Shown here: positions 31,643 through 32,571 of the stretch, in pieces | How the letters are laid out: each line of letters opens with the position of its first letter | Numbering within the stretch: position 1 is the first letter of the stretch | Assembly: GCA_965205655.1 (NCBI GenBank) | Contig: CBDBIJ010000005.1 | Coordinates: forward strand, 1-32,571 | DNA: 32,571 nucleotides | Source: Candidatus Latescibacterota bacterium | Lineage (GTDB): Bacteria; Latescibacterota; UBA2968; UBA8231 | Direction of reading: 5' to 3' | Made by a program: the position numbers and the translations under genes | Notes under the pieces: model-generated | Database searches by the model: none | The model's input: only the letters and a program-made list of their open reading frames with translations | Told to the model about the DNA's origin: nothing

Positions 31643-32571
31643 ATGGTATGGGCGATGATCCTCCTGCTGGCCTGCCTGGGGGGAGCAGATCAGGCCGATG
31701 CGCTGACGATCTACCGCATCGGAGGCCAAAATCAGCCGCGCCCCACCAGGGCGGATGAGGACGGGATCGATTTCGTCCAGTTGATGTGGCAGGCGCTGGA
31801 CGAGGACCGGTTCGGAAGCTCGCACCAGCTGGAATTGACGACTTTCGCGGAACCGGTTCGGCTGGATTCCAGCGTCAACCTCACGCCGCTGCTCAGGGAC
31901 CGGGGCGGCGTGATCAAGTTGAACAACGGATACGCGTTTCAAGATCACCCCACGCTGGACTTGATCTTCGACGAGGACGACGACACGGCCTTCTCGGGCC
32001 TGCAGGGCGACCAGAGTGGGAGTACCTTTCTCAAATCGATGTGGATCGGTCTGGGAGGGCTCTTCCCCATCAGCCGCATCGTCATTCGGCCGACAACCGA
32101 CCACTATCACGATCGCTTCATCTCCGAGTTCACGCTGGGAACCAACGACGGAGACAAACAGAAACACGGGCTCCGGGAGGCGAGGTACGACTATCGGGAG
32201 GCCTTCGTCGATTACGATATCCAGTACCAGGCCAAGGAGAATACAGAACCCGTCCTCGACCTGCGCCTGCGCGATGAGCCGGTCGAGAACCTGTTCTTTT
32301 TTGCACCTTCGGGAAACTGGGAGATCGCCGAGATGGAGATTTACGGCCACGGTTTTGCCTCGCGGGCAAACTACACCTCCAACATCATCCCCCTGGACGG
32401 GCGATCGAGCCTGGGCGATCTCGTATGGGCCGGACACCAGGACTCGGGGGCGGTGATCGAGCTGAGCACGCGCAGCGGCGACGACGCCGATCCGAATCTT
32501 TACTGGCGCAACACGTTCCGGGGAGCAGAGAGGACGCGCCTGGATCACGACGGCAAGCCACTGACGCGCAG
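31643..32571 (+). CDS. Exported discoidin-like protein, paralog of 22436..24664 (partial, runs off the window; absent from the ORF track)
   Basis: MVWAMILLLACLGGADQADA|LTIYRIGG..., open to the window end. WEIAEMEIYGHGFASRANYTSNII...LGDL...STRSGDDADPNLY aligns with FEMAEFQVFTEGFVPQALYVSNIF...LGNL...RTRLGIDPDPVEY. Confidence 0.8.
   Translation, partial: MVWAMILLLACLGGADQADALTIYRIGGQNQPRPTRADEDGIDFVQLMWQALDEDRFGSSHQLELTTFAEPVRLDSSVNLTPLLRDRGGVIKLNNGYAFQDHPTLDLIFDEDDDTAFSGLQGDQSGSTFLKSMWIGLGGLFPISRIVIRPTTDHYHDRFISEFTLGTNDGDKQKHGLREARYDYREAFVDYDIQYQAKENTEPVLDLRLRDEPVENLFFFAPSGNWEIAEMEIYGHGFASRANYTSNIIPLDGRSSLGDLVWAGHQDSGAVIELSTRSGDDADPNLYWRNTFRGAERTRLDHDGKPLTR

Noticed and set aside
31592..32548. 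318-aa minus-strand ORF
   Set aside because: The real gene is on the plus strand from ~31643 (signal peptide, paralogy to 22436..24664). It is missing from the track only because it lacks a stop within the window.

Overview
The window has two contrasting halves. The left half (1 to ~17.3 kb) is a decaying defence/mobile island. It carries a Type I restriction-modification remnant: a frameshifted hsdR, only the 3' half of hsdS, no hsdM, an intact M48/YgjP peptidase and a frameshifted trypsin-like protease. This is followed by ISs of six families (IS256, IS630, IS5, IS66, ISL3, IS1595) interleaved with gene scraps and one intact enolase-superfamily gene. Compared with my recollection of family consensus sequences, the transposases repeatedly show A>C/T>G substitutions, mostly CA>CC. 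The right half (17.3 kb to the end) is mostly intact. It encodes a membrane-fused spermidine-synthase-like protein, an internally deleted PhyH dioxygenase and a TPR protein, followed by a co-oriented cluster of uncharacterised exported proteins. That cluster comprises a discoidin-like/FlgD-Ig protein, two paralogous ~930-980 aa probable outer-membrane beta-barrel proteins with Asp/Asn-rich putative Ca-binding inserts, a CBM9/DOMON-like protein ending in TAVEEDSWGRIK, and a second discoidin-like paralog running off the end. A third, broken copy of the barrel gene lies at 16.3-17.3 kb. This cluster is the best candidate for an undescribed cell-surface uptake or secretion system. The gene style suggests a high-GC diderm such as Latescibacterota or Poribacteria (inference only). 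No rRNA, tRNA or CRISPR array was seen.
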